From: Zygnema circumcarinatum SAG 698-1b
Lineage: Eukaryota > Plantae > Zygnematophyceae
Reading direction: 5' to 3'
DNA length: 64,000 nucleotides
NCBI GenBank assembly: GCA_037447605.1
Contig: CM074811.1
Coordinates: 2,852,001-2,916,000, forward strand
Positions 63,539 through 64,000 of the stretch are shown in pieces; the stretch's first letter is position 1, and every line of letters starts with the position of its first letter. Position numbers and translations under genes: made by a program. The notes beneath the pieces are model-generated. The model saw nothing but the letters and a program-made list of their open reading frames with translations, had not been told where the DNA came from and did not search any database.

Positions 63539-64000
63539 GGGAGAGCTCTCTCTCTCTCTCTCCCTCTCTCTCACTCGCTCGCTCTCTCACACACACTTTC
63601 TCTTTCACTCTCGCTTTGGGTGTGTCGAAGGTCACATGTGAAGATACGAGGGTAGCACAACCGTTCATGGTTCGGGTTCATTGAACGGCTGTTGAAAGTG
63701 GAAACGCTAGTTTTTGCGTTCCTGACCAGAGGGCAGCTTTTTTCTATTCGTCTCCCTTGGGAGGGCCAATGTTGATTGTTTGAATGCGGAGATCAGAAAT
63801 CGTCCACAATGTCAAACATGTGATCGCTGTTGGGAGGCAACACAATTGCAATGTTAGCTAAAGACATTTTTACGGGATGTAGGTGCTTTACTAGGGTTCG
63901 GAAAGGACCTAAGGCTATTAGGGTTGGGGTTAGAGGGCTAGCATATGTATCTTTAAAAGGGATGCTTTTCAGAACGTGTTTAAGTCGCTTCTTTGTCCAA

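Overview
Eukaryotic, intron-rich nuclear DNA from a streptophyte (plant lineage). The gene set and the heavy GA/CT microsatellite load suggest a non-seed streptophyte such as a charophyte alga, but this is inference. Left to right I can support ten multi-exon genes. (1) Glycine decarboxylase P-protein (minus, 15 exons), head-to-head with (2) bifunctional AIR carboxylase PurK-PurE/ADE2 (plus). (3) U11/U12 snRNP 35K (minus), divergent from (4) a glycine-rich domain protein GRDP (plus). (5) A GT61-like glycosyltransferase (plus). (6) A plant HNH endonuclease-family gene (minus). (7) A GT92/DUF23 galactan-synthase-like gene with a large charged insertion (minus), divergent from (8) a hevein(CBM18)-GH18 chitinase (plus). 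(9) An unannotated gene with a WRKY/GCM1/FAR1-like (MULE-type) zinc finger but no visible transposase core (plus). (10) A full-length GIGANTEA orthologue (plus, 50303-63538), with a ~4.7 kb CT-repeat intron and a promoter carrying evening-element and ABRE-like motifs. Also present are a 3'-half 5S rRNA fragment, a possible LTR-end/PBS remnant, many polypurine/polypyrimidine tracts and three 10-N scaffold gaps. Most ORFs in the track, including all >1500 aa ORFs, are microsatellite or antisense artefacts. I found no CRISPR arrays, tRNAs or intact transposons. All identifications come from remembered family sequences and manual exon joining; no database search was run.
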